Positions 26,801-40,159 of a stretch of 64,000 nucleotides of DNA are shown in pieces. The notes below the pieces were generated by a model. The model did no database searches. It saw nothing but the letters and a program-made list of their open reading frames with translations, and was not told the origin of the DNA. How positions within the stretch are numbered: position 1 is the stretch's first letter; the number at the start of each line of letters is the position of its first letter. Made by a program: the position numbers and the translations under genes. The stretch comes from Lingula anatina (lineage: Eukaryota > Animalia > Brachiopoda). The stretch covers positions 6,572,001-6,636,000 of the forward strand of contig CM120646.1 in assembly GCA_051362555.1 (NCBI GenBank), in the 5' to 3' direction.

Positions 26801-27356
26801 CTCCCTTCTTTCTATGATATGGTTTTGAGTAACTCAATCCGGTGTGTCGTCCTGAAGAAAAAAAAATCAAAATTCAAACTTATGATTTGTAAAATATTTA
26901 CCATCAAAACCACATGGAGTTAAGATGCTTTGGTAGAGGTTATGAAATTTCTAAGAAGTTCTATCTCAGGCAATCGCTTTGTGTTGTCAGTATAAGACCA
27001 CAAAGGTCTTCTACCCATTTCCTAAGGAAATAGAACCAAATATCCAACACTCAATGGGAAAAACGATTCAAAGGAAGTAAGGCAGATTGACGAATTGGGC
27101 GGGAGTTACATTTAGCATCCAATGTTTAATTGAATTGGAGGTTTAATATTGTCTCTCTATAATTGAGAGGGAGGGATTCCTCCAATTGTTAAGTCGTCTG
27201 CAGTTGGAACTATAGTATGCTGGGGCGTTCTGGTGGAAATTAAAACAAGTGGCATTCTGGGTTTAAGTTTTTTTTGGATAGACTTAATGCTATTCTCTGT
27301 GTTGCCATCATCATCATATTATTATTATCACTATTATTATTATTTTACAAAAACGA

Positions 27357-27358
<2 letters not shown>

Positions 27359-27418
<60 letters not shown>
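27359..27418. repeat. Compound (GT)n(GA)n microsatellite
   Basis: Seen directly. Confidence 0.95.
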
Positions 27419-27421
<3 letters not shown>

Positions 27422-27900
27422 GCGATGGTCTTCCGAAAAAAAAAAACGCGATTCATGCTGTTTAGGAGAAAGAAATTCCAGTTTTTCAGACTGGCTTCAT
27501 GGATTCAAAGAAGAAATTATTTACACATTTTAAATTGACTTCGTTGACACGGCGTACATTCGGCTGTAACGGAACCTTCTAAGTCAGTCTGCACATACGT
27601 TAGTTAAGTAAATCAGTTACATTTTTGTCACGGTTGTTTATGGTGAGATTAAAGAGCGGGTTCTATTAGGGAAACATTTGTTTACCATAGTAGAAAGACG
27701 GTGTTTACAGTCGATCCATCACTAGGTGTGTGGTCGTAAAGAAATTTCACGCATTGCATTACTGCACGCTCTTCTTACCTGAAGTGATGACTTTCAAGTT
27801 TTGCCTTTCTCCCCTTTTGTGCAGATAGTGGTTCTTCCATAACTACCGTATTATTTTTTACGCGTGAAACTGCTGCAATTGTTAATAGCTCGGGTCGTGG

Positions 27901-27981
27901 ATGATGTACAAAGAAACATTCCATTTGTCAGTGTTAATGTTTCTGTTTTTAACTGTTGTATCGACTATTTCTGAAATATAA
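27901..27981 (+). CDS. Candidate 26-aa hydrophobic smORF MMYKETFHLSVLMFLFLTVVSTISEI
   Basis: First AUG of the inferred three-exon transcript. The second ATG has A at -3. Hydrophobicity could arise by chance from T-rich DNA. Confidence 0.12.
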   Translation: MMYKETFHLSVLMFLFLTVVSTISEI

Positions 27982-28492
27982 CAGTAACAAGACAGCACAC
28001 TTTTAGTAGAGGTTTCGGTAAAAGGCCTCGTTTCTTTTTACTGAAAGTGCATCTTCAATTGCAATTGCAGTTACAAATTGTTTAAGCAGCTAAATGTGTT
28101 GCATGCATTTCTTACGTGAGGATATCTTGCAGTCGTACAGGTGTGTATATTGTTTATCACTGTAGGCGTTGCTGTTGCGGTATAGTCAGATAAACGCTAG
28201 CAGTATTGCAACCGTTCATAATGTCATTATAATTCCAGCTACAATATCATTTGTTTAAAGGCACGGTTGTTTATTTAGGTTTTTATGCGTGTACATCTGG
28301 TGTGGTTGTTCATCTGCTCAAATTATGTGATAACTTGTACGGTTTTTAGTGTGCAATAATTTATTGTGTTCATCATTTTGGAGATAAGACTGGGGTTTGT
28401 AATGATATCTAGTTTCACAGTACTTTCCATTGTTAATGTTGTGGGTTTGAGCCTACCGCATATAGCACGGTGTATTACCATCCACCGTATCA

Positions 28493-28531
28493 AATAAAAC
28501 TCAGGAGTATCTAGAAAAAATAGAGAATAAA
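28493..28531 (+). terminator. Tandem polyadenylation signals AATAAA (28493, 28526)
   Basis: They close a UTR-like exon that has upstream UGUA motifs and U-rich sequence downstream. Confidence 0.4.
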
Positions 28532-31500
28532 TATCTTAGTACTAAAGGTCAGGTTCATTCGAGTGCTTTTCCCATTCATCTTCATTTTTTCTCCACTTTT
28601 TTTCATCCAGTCAAGCTAATATATGTATAATTTGATATAAATACTAGAAGAATGCCTCCATTTAGACGCCGTTCTTTATGAGCTTCCTTTGAAAAGACGC
28701 TACACGGAGAACCAGGCGGTACGCTCACTAGCATCGGGGAAGCTTACACCGTCTTCACCAAGGGGACTTTTGTATCGTGCTTTATTTAGGCCCACCTGTG
28801 TTTTTACCCCCAAAGACGACCTTCTTTGAATTGAAATCGAACTCCAAAATACAACACTGGCTTTCTTTAATCAGTGTCTCTAAAAGGAGTAATTTTTCTC
28901 AATTAATTTTGAAAAATCGAGCCCGGGTTTTTTGCCTCCTGACGGTAGCGCACAATTACTGGAGGCGGGGCCCAAGGTCTTTTTTCTTTTAACCCTGAAT
29001 GGTTTGGGCTCACTTGGGGAGGCTATGCGATTCAAGTTTCGCTTGAAAAATTGACTGCATGCCGCAAACACAATTTACTTTTTTTATTGATCGTCACTTT
29101 TGCTAAGGTCCAAGTTTCAATTCATCTGCCTTTGAACATTTCATAAACACATAAAAAAATACTGGCCAAAAGTAAACACATAGGGGATGTTTGTTACAAT
29201 ATGAACTTTAATATATTTCCACGATTCAGTTAAGGATAAACAATTAGGTTAATTAATGAAATAACATAGTTATATTAATAGAATCTCAGAAGGCGCTCTT
29301 ACGAGTCGTGGTTATTGCAAATAAGGTTTACAGACATATTTTGAAATAACTTGAAGCAAATATAATCTAATAGCGATTTGGACCCCGACCAATCATAAAT
29401 TTAATAACTGTCATGGAGACAGCAGATGTGCAGAGCAGAGAGCGCCAATCGTACGGCTTTGATTAAAACTGGGGTATAAAATAACGCCAAGCCAGCCACG
29501 GGGATTTCTAGATACAACATTTCAACGAAATATCTTACACCAATTGAATAAACTTAACATAAACATTATAATAGCAATTCTAAATCCATTTTAAGTTTTT
29601 ATGTTACGTTTTATTTCAATTTACCAGGTTTGGCTACCGCTAATGACGTGTGAAAATGTGTAATTTTACCTTGTGAAATGTATCAAAGAAGTGGTACTGA
29701 AGTCTTTTAGGGAGCATAGCTTTGGTTCGTGGATAGAAAAGATGAATGTGTTAATTGCATCTAAAAAGAATTATGGATGCATCGACGCATTATAGTTTTC
29801 AGACAGGCGCTGTTTGCAATCCTACTTCATAAATTCTGATAACAATTAGTCGTGTTAACACTGTTAGTATAAGGTACAGTGTCGTTTGTAGAGCATTATC
29901 ACGGGGTTCAAAATGACCAGAACTTATTATAAGAGATTGATACACACTTAAAGGAATAACTTTTGGATTTTGGCCATAGAAACATGCGCTTATGAGGGCT
30001 CAAGTCAAGGTCATGAAAAACGGATAAACACTGTGTAACAGAGGAGGGTAAACTTTTAGATCCTAGTAAAGCATCCTGATATTTGTACGAGAGGATGCCA
30101 GTACCAGTAACATCCTCCTTCGTTCTAAGTATGCTCCAGGGGATCTACCAAACAGTAACGTGTGCACTGTCGCGTGCTACCCATGTTCTCCGACACGACT
30201 TAATTAATTATTAAGTAAACTCTGTATGCGAACCGAACGGTCCTGGGAATTGTTGTACGGCGTCCTTACGCCATGGACTTCAAAGTTCATTAGTTACCAT
30301 GTCAAGCGAGATCAAGCGATGCTGTTCTCGTGCAGTCGGCGCATAATTGAAATCCCTACCCATTTCATTTGGCATTTTATGTATTGATGGCGTTGTTAGC
30401 GGAAAGATTCATAGAGTCTGCCTTGTGAGTTCTTAATGTTCTCTGGTCTGTGTGGTTTTACTGGGAAGTAACATGTTGGGGTGTTCTTTTAGAGATCCCG
30501 CAAATGCAGTTCTGTGACTTACTGAGTTCTTTCTTTCTTTGAAACTATGAAGAGAAATGTTTTGTTATTATGTGCATTAATTCAGTAACTCACGTTTAAC
30601 AGAAAGTGATGATGTCTCACTGCATTGTTGTGAAACAGCGTTTTTACATGCTCTTGTTAGGTCACTGTAAAGATAATTGATCAGTTTATTTGGTTCTCAA
30701 AACTTTAATGTGTTGTCCGTTTTTTAAAATTCCAAAATGGTATTGTCCGTTTTATTTAGTCAAAAGCCATAAGTATTTCTAATATGAATTATATATTGAA
30801 GGCTACGAGTTTTATTTGGTTTCTCCCTGTTTTGAAAGAAAGAAAGTAACGATGAGTAAAACAAATGAAAAACTGTTTTTGAATACCAGACTCTTCTTCG
30901 ATTATGCTCGGATTATCTTTGTCGGCCATTCTTCACTCACACTGGTACTGGGAAACAAGCACACAAAAGAACGGTTAGAATCTATTCTGTCGCGCGTTTG
31001 CCCTTACCACCACAGTGGCGATATTGTATTTTATTCCAACACGTTTGCCGGCGTTCCGCAAGGCAGGTCTTCGATAACAACTCATTAATCAGAGACTGTT
31101 AAAGTTCAGAGAATATCGCAAGGATTGGATTTCGAACCAAACAGAGAAACTCCATTAATTTTGTCAGCTGAATTACATTTGTTATCAAAACATGAAGGTC
31201 TTTTGGCGAACGCCGTTTCTTTGCGAGCACAAAACATTGAAATTTAAATGACGCCGGTTATGAGCTCAATATCCAAAATCCATAGGAACATTTAAAATCA
31301 AATTCGGCCATGTGATAGTTATGCTTGAATTCATCGTCAAATAACTTTGCGTTTTTATTTTCTAAAACGCATAAATAACCCTAGTATATAGATACCAATG
31401 GCAGCACCTAAGAGCAGTATTCATATACATGTATATACTTCACACAAAAGATTGAAATAAGTACGATATATCCAGTTAAGCAAAGGGAATCCAAATATAG

Positions 31501-31989
31501 ATGGTTAGAATATCTCTCACTATGCCATTCACATAAAACTAAAAAAAAACAATTTTATAAAACTAAAGCCCGTTTTTGGGAGAAGGAAAACATCATTACA
31601 CGTAAATGTCTTTTTTTTTATCAAAGTCTGTATAGCCGCTCCCGCTGAGTATTTTAATGAAAAGACAAAGATTCAACTTTACTTAAATGTCAATGCCGTT
31701 CAATAATCGTGTACCATTGTAAGCATTTAATTGTGACGAATGCTTAATATCTTAAATTGGGCTTTATAAATTATATTTCAATACTGTTAAGTCACGCCTT
31801 ATTTGTTGCTTTTATTTTCATGTCAACAAATGTGCATGGTAGACACACTTGCTTCAAACTTAATAATGATATAGATACACGTATGGATTGATAAATAACT
31901 AAATTCACTCAAATTTGACTAATTGATGACCAGTTGTAGTAAAAACCATTATGGTTTTGTCAATTATATAAGGTTTTTTATTTTAGAGT

Positions 31990-31994
<5 letters not shown>

Positions 31995-32067
<73 letters not shown>
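31995..32067. repeat. (AT)n microsatellite
   Basis: About 36 AT units seen directly. Confidence 0.97.
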
Positions 32068-32075
<8 letters not shown>

Positions 32076-32208
32076 AAATGTAATACATATATAGGATTGT
32101 ATTTATACGCAAAAGACAAATAATTGATAAAATGTTTGGTTAGCGAGTAATATGGCAAGTGTTCAAGTGATAATCAACCCCTTTTTCTATATGCATTTAT
32201 CAATTGAA

Positions 32209-32236
32209 CTATTATTATTATTATTATTATTATTAT
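32209..32236. repeat. (ATT)n microsatellite
   Basis: Seen directly. Confidence 0.9.
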
Positions 32237-33729
32237 AAAAGAAAATATGTCGGGAGTCGATGCAAGCTAAAATGTGCATATTTGTCCAACATAATTTTGA
32301 GACTTTGTTCAGTTCAATCTATGATTCATGCGGAGTGTGATGTGTATTTGGATATGATCAGTAACGTGACCCTTTGATCCTAGATAATTATTATTTTTTG
32401 GTCCAAAATACACCTTGTATGCTATGTTTTCAGGGGCTTTTATCATGGCCCAGTTAAATTTTGACTGTAATGGCTAAAGATGGGTCTGTCAAATATTTTT
32501 TTGACATTAATTTAATATTCACACATTTTGCGGAAATAATTAAGGGTCTGGTACTGTTAATACGTCCTTTTAGTGCTTTTCAATACTTCTGACCAATATG
32601 ATTTGGCACTTTGGTTATTGTCACCACTTGCGTAACATTTGTGTGTCGTAAGTCTCAGTGATTATCGAAGTATGTCTGTGTACTATATGATAAGTTGCAA
32701 CGGATTACATAAGATACATTTCTTTAAAAAGCGACGGATCTCAAAATGTTTTATAACCAATAGCGCTGTTTACAAAAGGCCAATCTTTTACTGGAGCACA
32801 AAGAATTAACAGTCTCAATTTGGAAAGACGTTTCAAAAATCCTTCCCTTTGAAGGCGACGAAAGATCACTCACAAGTTGAAACTTAAAGGTCACATTTTC
32901 TTTAATTACGGATAGTTTACCATAAATTTCAACAGAATCCTTCCTTAATGTACAGCTTTGATGAAAGATGGCGGCGAAAACGACTCTATTCTAAAACGTA
33001 TGCCTGTCAATAGCAACATAGCGGTGTGAATGTTGACATTGAACACACACTTTAAATTGAGACTTAACGAACACTGTTTACTTTGTAGAACAGCTGCACA
33101 AGCGTATCAAACAGAAAAATGAGCACAACTTCTGTCATTTGGTTTAGAGTTTCCATGTCTGGGAGGCGTGACCTTCGAGTTGAAATGTCGAATACATTCG
33201 ATGCATATTGACAGGAATGTGGCTATATTTGCTGGCGATTTGGACAGAACGGTTTCTGGATGGGTTTCAGTACATTGGTTTGGTTACGTTATAACTTGTT
33301 TTTAAGGCGAAGGAACTCTTTTGATAGGTTGAGTAATATGTAAATTGTTCTTCGTTGCAAATGCATTGCAAATTGTGTTCATCCTGCTATCGCCACGACC
33401 TGACAAAAAAGCTACGTTGGGGTGCAATGTTCAATTCACTAAAACTTCTTTACATTCCTACTCGTATCATATGTCAAACTTGATATTGTTTAGAAAAGGA
33501 AGCAATTAAGGCATATCGTACAGTTTAACATTGCGAACGCTCTGCTTAAAAATCAATAAGCCATATCGTTGGAAACGACGGCATTATGCAATGTAATGCC
33601 ATACGTGAAGTACATAGAGCTAGAAATGATTATGATACAATTATATTACTGCATAAATATTCATCATGATAATAATAGTAATAATAATAAGAAAAAGAAT
33701 AAAAAGAAAAGAAAAAGAAGAAGAATTGT

Positions 33730-33770
33730 AACAACAGCAGCAGCAGCAGCAGCAACAACAACAGCAACAA
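33730..33770. repeat. (CAG/CAA)n trinucleotide repeat
   Basis: Seen directly. Confidence 0.85.
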
Positions 33771-35448
33771 AGTCAACTAATTTCAAAAACATTGGGCTTA
33801 TCCTGTCACTTTAAGTCGTGCATCACATTAATTCCGCACTGTAAACGGTTTGGCGGAGCAACAGCTTTTGAAGTATTGAATTTACGTGTTTAGTAATGCA
33901 AAGATTTGCTGCACCATCAAAATACAGAAAAAGTCAGTGTTAGTAAAAAGCAATATTATTATTTTGATTTTTGTATCCATCTGGTATACATAAGTGGGCA
34001 TAGAAATAAGAAGTATGTAGCCTGTAAAATGGGATGTTTTTTTGGCATATTTTCACACTCATTTGCCGTTGTGTTGCGTTTTTCAGAATTATCAGATATA
34101 ACTTCTGTTGATTTGGTTAAGATGGTCATTTTAAATTCTACATAAAATAGGTTTTTTATTTGTGGAAACGGTGATCATATATCACTACTACCAGTTGTCT
34201 CAATTTATGATTCACACTAAGGACAAGCAGTGACCAAGATTATATAAAACGACGAGGAGATATTTAGGTGCCTTATATAATCAACATTTATAATGTTTTA
34301 ATATTTAGACAGCATCCTTACTTTTGACTCTCTGTTAAAATGCAGACCATACATACTGGTGTATCTATAAGTGCCATATATCCTGATTCGTAATTAAAAG
34401 TACATAATTTTCTTAGATAAAGCAGATTTAAAATGATTAGAGATTTGTTAACATAAAATGCTAGTGTGAGCCTAGTTTAAGTTGTTCTTCATTAATAAAA
34501 TGGACCCTATGAGGAAGAGGCCACAGAACATTTTGCAAACAAAAAGTTCAGACATAGCAGATTGTGTCAATGGCCGATGGAAGACACCTTAAAGTGCAAC
34601 TGATGCAACGCGGGATGTGACTTCACCGTCCTGTTCGTATACTTCGATCCTATCAACCAGCATTGGACCAATTTAATACTGAGTCATCGAATGATCCTGG
34701 CGGTTCTGTCATTGTGCAGTTTGGCATGAATGTTCTTTGTTTTGAAGCTTTAATGTCCGTTTACTTCAGAATATCGCTCATGAGTCTTGACCGTGGAATC
34801 TTTAATGATCACCTGAAACTGAATAAAGAGTACACGTACTAGTAATGTACCTTTATATTTCTGATTATGTTCATGCAGACAAGGGTAATACATATGCTCG
34901 GTGTTTGTAGCAAAACGCTTAACCGTTATTAAAAAAAAAAAAACTACATGCATATCTGTAAAGAACTGTACGTTATTCATTTCCAGATAAGAGATTCACG
35001 TAGACAGTAAGTACAGTGCGTGTGGAGGGAGTAACAAAAAGGCTGCAATTGGCAAAGAATATAGAGACTTTAAAAGGATTGAAAACGACATTGGTTTGGT
35101 AGCATGTAGAGATCCCGCAGCTAGACGGCCCTAGGGGTAACCGTTAACTGTAATTTCAATGCAACAGATCAAGGAAGTCGTAACGCACCGCCTGCCCCGA
35201 GGATGTCAAATGACAGTCTTGCGTGTGCCCAACTATCAGAAATAATTTAGCGTCACAAGTCTTCTGTTTAATAGATCATGTAGATCATTTTATGTGTTCG
35301 GTTTTATCTACGCGAGAACAGTGGGGTTAACGAGGCACGCTGCCCCTGCGCGCGTTAGACCTCATCACTCATGGTGGCTCCCCACGTGACCCAGCTCATG
35401 CATAGTCATAGGATGCTAATAGCGCACATCGCTTTTCCTGAAGCTTCC

Positions 35449-35461
35449 TGACCCTTGACCT
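35449..35461 (-). promoter_or_regulatory. DR1 element in a GC-rich enhancer-like block
   Basis: TGACCCTTGACCT, reverse complement AGGTCA-A-GGGTCA. Confidence 0.35.
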
Positions 35462-37836
35462 TTCTCTGCTTTGTGCTGAATAGTGGTTATTTATTCCCTA
35501 ACCGGGATCAGTCTTAATAGGGCTTGAATTTGCACCGCGGGTGAAGACTTGGAGAGCTCCGTGAAAGAGACCTGGGGTAAGAAGCATAATTAGTCAATTT
35601 TTACCAGAGCTACGGTTTGCAATTTTTTTCTAGGGTATTATTTTGACAGCAGCTAAGGTGAGGTAGTACTACAGGTAGTACTAGCAAGATGTGACGAAGA
35701 TAAATAGGTGAATGCAAGTGCGTATGTGTACTTTGGTTCATATGATCTCAGTTATCCCTTTTATTGGTGTCAGCGTTTTTTTTATCGAGGGCTAATAACG
35801 GCGCACGGATGAAAAGGCCAAGTTGGATGTGTTGTGCTCCACGTTGAAATTAAATAACCGCGGGTATGTCTTCAAAAGTTTCCTACAACTTTTGCTAATG
35901 TTACCTTTGCAGAGCGAAGTGACTACTAGTTCAATCAAAATAACGCGTATAAGCAAATAGATTTAAAGAAAATAAAAGTAGGCAAATGCTATTTTTAGGA
36001 ACGTTCCCTATAAACAGCGCACGTAAACTGTAAATTGTAAGTTTATAGTTTGATTATGCAAATATATTTTTGATTTTTGCTTTACCAGATACACATACCA
36101 ACTAGCTATGAAGATTTTCTACCGTAACTCATTTTCAAAATGCCTTCAGGTAAAAAGCTCCCAGTTACAACAGCGTCTGAAGTAATACGATCAGCATGAA
36201 CTCTACCCTATAATTTTTCGCTGGCTTTCTTTCGTTTTGGAAATTACCCCGTATGAACTAAAATGCTTAGATTATGTATATGGTCATTAAACTGCGACGT
36301 TCAAATCGTTGACTTTCCCATACTCGCTGGCGCTGTTAGTGTCATTCTGTGTACAAAAAGAGTTGAATTAATGCGCAAACAGATGGAAACGGATACCTTC
36401 AAATTGTTACCTAATAAAAGTTTTAATGCATTGTAACACACGCATGTAAGGTGCTCAAATCTTTGTCCAAATGGCCATAAATCATTTCTCAATAAAACAA
36501 CATTTTATAGTCATTGACGTAGGCAAAGGTGGTTTATTCACAGTGCACGCAACTTCGAGACAAAACGTTATGTACAACGGTAAACGATTTGTGGATGACG
36601 ACTCGTTTATTAATGATAATAGTATAGATATTAGTAAACAAATAACTCGTTTTGCGCATGTTATGGAAATAGGTTTATTTTATGTTTGTAACATCTTATC
36701 GTAACAACACAAAAACAAAATTATTCCAGTCTTAAAAAAAAAAAAAAAGAAAAAAAAAATTAACGCGCGTGCTTTGGCATGGTCCCTTATGTGACGTGAA
36801 CTTTCGTCTTTTATATACATGTAATCACCATTTGTCATTGAACTCAATTTTATTATTATTTATTATTTAATTTTATCATCTGTTTATTGAAACAAAGACA
36901 AAGATAATTACGTCGATTTGGGTCTATTTATCATATGAAATAATTGTATTCCCATTTATCTTATTTATCTTGCTTATACGGGGGCATGCCGAGGATTGGA
37001 TAGTGTTTTAGATGCAGGAACTCTTTTGTGATTTGTATGGCTAGAATAAGACCCTTCACCGGGAGTCAGATTGCGGTAAGGCTTGCCAACCGTCGCTGCT
37101 CAAGATCTGCTCTATCTACAAAGATTCACTATATCAACAAATTAATTTCCATTTGTGGTGTATTCCGTGAAATGAAAATAAATGACGGCTCAACGGTTAC
37201 TCGATTGGTGATTCCGCTCAATCAATAACACTTAATTTTGATAGATGCATTGACTTCTGTTGTACTTTTTCTGGTTCTTTGGGATTGCAAGGAAAGGGAT
37301 TTCCAAGATACCAAACTGCAATGCTTATGTAGGTGGACCAGATAAAAAAATGAGCTGTTGAAAAAAGAAACCGAACTATACGATTATGAATAATTGCATG
37401 TTTAATTCTAGAGCAATCGTAACATACGGGTGTTAAGTATGAAATTATCATCATGTTTTATTATTATTAACATTATAAATGTGGAATCGATACACATTCT
37501 GAGTTAAACAAAACTCGCATCATAACACACATCAGCCGTGTTACCGTTAGGATATAGTTACTAGAATTGAGCTCTTAATAAAAATTTGCCAAGTCTGAAA
37601 TAAAGCCTTCCCTTCAGTTCAGTCCGTCGATGGAAAGATGGTAGTCGTAGAGAACATGATATAACACGGCACATGCTCTGAAATTTACAGCAATTCAAAT
37701 TCGCATTTATGCATTTCGATTAAAAAACAACGCCATAAGTACTTCATATACCCCCTTCTCAGTTCAGTTAGTCAATGACAGAGTTTCCAAAAGAGGAAGG
37801 CGCCATATCGTACGCACGGCAAGCTTTCAAACAGGA

Positions 37837-37890
37837 AGGCAAGGTGTTGGCATACTAAGCAATTTGCCTGTGTGTCCGCATATATCCCGG
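37837..37890 (+). ncRNA. mir-31-like: Divergent miR-31-like pre-miRNA hairpin (paralog or decayed copy)
   Basis: AGGCAAGGTGTTGGCATA matches invertebrate miR-31 (AGGCAAGAUGUUGGCAUA) at 17 of 18 nt. After a 14-nt loop, 37870-37888 pairs with it at 14 of 19 positions without gaps (4 G-U pairs). The basal stem is weak. Confidence 0.4.
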
Positions 37891-38468
37891 CCCCATGGGT
37901 TCTCTGGCCCGGTAATTTCTGTGAAGCTATTTTATGAATGCCGTGTATTTGTCTAATACCGCCGGTCACATTTAACTGACAACTTGATCTGTAGCTGTAT
38001 ATTTTCGATGATTTAAATGATACCTTCTTACAGAACAAATATGTTTATTTTCCGATGCGGATTTTTTTTATCAAAATTTTAAAATGATTTAGGATGAAAC
38101 ATGCAAAGTGAGTCGAGTAATCCTTCATGAAAAACCACTACATCTTCGAGTCCGCGGGGAGTCGGGTGTTACACAGAGTTAGTCCTACAATTGTTCTTAT
38201 ATTCTTTTAATCTGATAATAATTGGATTATATCCTCTGTAAGATTAAGATTCGCAGATGCAGCGGTACCAAGGGAAAACAAGGCTGTTAATTCAGTTAAA
38301 ATGGAAAGAACATGGCGATGAAATTACGGCGTGAATTAAATTAAGTTGTACTACGTTGGGTCTATGAAGATTTCTAGTTCTTGGTTTTTCTTGTACACAG
38401 TGAATTATACTGTTTTAGGATATTAAGTATAAATATCAACTGTATATCCATACAATTGCAAAGGAACG

Positions 38469-38480
38469 TGCGCATGCGCA
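38469..38480. promoter_or_regulatory. NRF1-type palindrome TGCGCATGCGCA
   Basis: Exact consensus, isolated in AT-rich DNA. Confidence 0.3.
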
Positions 38481-39329
38481 CATGTTTTTCACAATAACAT
38501 TAATGAAACCTATGCTTATTGTCATTTTGGTATATCACCTATACAATCATAAACAATTATCTTACTTTTTTTAGACATTTATCTAAATAACCGAAAAAAA
38601 TATATATATTGACTATTATGCACTAAGTAGTATTTTAAACACAGGATAAAATAGTTTTTGTAGATTTTAAACAATTCCAGATGACGCTATGTAGAGCAGC
38701 TGTAATCTAACCAAACGGTTTACCACGTAATAATGATAATAATAATAAATATCATAATAATGATAATAATATATTTAAGTCTAAAATCAATTTAAAATGT
38801 TCAGTGGTGTTCACATAAGCACAATGAATTAAGAGAATAATTACCAAAATATGTTTTAAAATGCTGAGAAAGATTCTGGTTAAAACAGCCTTAATATTGT
38901 AGATAAAACAGGCTTATCCTCACATAAAACCAATTACAATTTAGGTATCAAATTAATTAATTAATTCCCTATTTCCAACGTATTCGTAAAGGTGATACTG
39001 AAGGTTGTGGCTGGCGGTAAGACTACCCAGTCGCCTTATAGTGTGATTCCTGACACCAGGTTGACAAATTAATTAATTGCCACCGTCAGAAAAATCCTTC
39101 TGCTGGATTTGTTAGCATATTCCGTCACATGTTTACATGTGTGTTCTCTTACCATAGTCATACTATTATTGCAGATGTCGGTGTAATTGTTTATCAATTT
39201 TCTTCTGGTGTATAATTATCAGCACCCCAGTGCAGGTTTATAAATTACATGATATTTAAACGAAACTTAATGTGATGACAGCGTGAGTTGTCTAAGTCCC
39301 TATTCATGTCGCTTCGTTTCAATTGTGCC

Positions 39330-39391
39330 CAAAAGTACTAATCTAACATGTTTTGTGACTCAAAAGTACTAATCTAGCAAGTTTCGAGGCA
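39330..39391. repeat. 31-bp tandem duplication
   Basis: Two adjacent units both begin CAAAAGTACTAATCTA and diverge at their 3' ends. Confidence 0.8.
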
Positions 39392-40159
39392 CAGATTTTC
39401 TAGCTGTTTCGTTTTACGACATCGAACTGTCTCTGTTTGCTTAAATACGTTACTTCGTGCCATTTATCTTACATGTCAGGTACGAAATGAAATTAGTTCA
39501 CATTTCAAAGTGACCAGTCTCATCCAATATTTACTCTGTTTCGGTCCCCATTGTGTTTGCGGTATTATGTTAATTTGGTGAGAGAGTCCGGTCATAAATC
39601 AATTTGGTTTGGCCCTACCGCTGACAGTTGAGTAGGTTTTGATTTAATCAAGTGGCCATTTATAGAAGGACTAGGGGATATTGCAGCGAGAACTCTCTGT
39701 GCTCTTTGACACCAGAGGGTAATTTTTTCTCTCTGTTTGTTTCACTCCGTTTCTTGATGACCAAAAAACGCGGTTTGACCATGTGTTCAACCCGGTAAAT
39801 TATCCGTAATTGCAAAACACATGCTGTCCATCCGCACACTACAAAGACCTTCTGTGATTACCTTAATTCTACAATTGTATTTTCTAATTTACTGACCGTT
39901 CTCTTGACAATTGCCATGTCATTTGACCATGTGTTTGGACTGCGTTTTCTCCTTGTTGCTGCAGTAGATAAATGGAGTACATTAGGATACAATTCCACAT
40001 GCAAAACGTTATAGACTGCAGTTATTAATCTATTAATCAGTTTGCATATTTGCATTATCAACCGAAAAATTGTCTATGGCCGATCAGACACCTGAGTACA
40101 AAAAATAATGTCAATCAATAAATTCACAAAGTCATTGAAATGTTTAACATCTTGAATAT

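Larger units (their letters stand above)
18105..28515 (+). ncRNA. Candidate spliced, polyadenylated lncRNA or smORF transcript (exons ~18105-18266, 19517-19705, 27825-~28515)
   Basis: Donor GTG|GTAAGT after 18266. Branch-like CTAAT, pyrimidine tract and AAG before 19517. Donor GTG|GTGAGT after 19705. Strong acceptor ttttgcctttctccccttttgtgcAG ending 27824. UG/U-rich UTR-like exon with AATAAA at 28493 and 28526. Exons 1-2 contain no ATG. Confidence 0.45.

Noticed and set aside
27784-27790. C-box GTGATGA near the intron end (possible snoRNA)
   Set aside because: No D-box before the acceptor 34 nt away.
35659-35668. let-7-like TGAGGTAGTA (also near 44564)
   Set aside because: Only the first 10 nt match and there is no precursor hairpin.
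39330-39391. Possible CRISPR-like repeat
   Set aside because: Two adjacent diverged units with no spacers, in a eukaryotic context.
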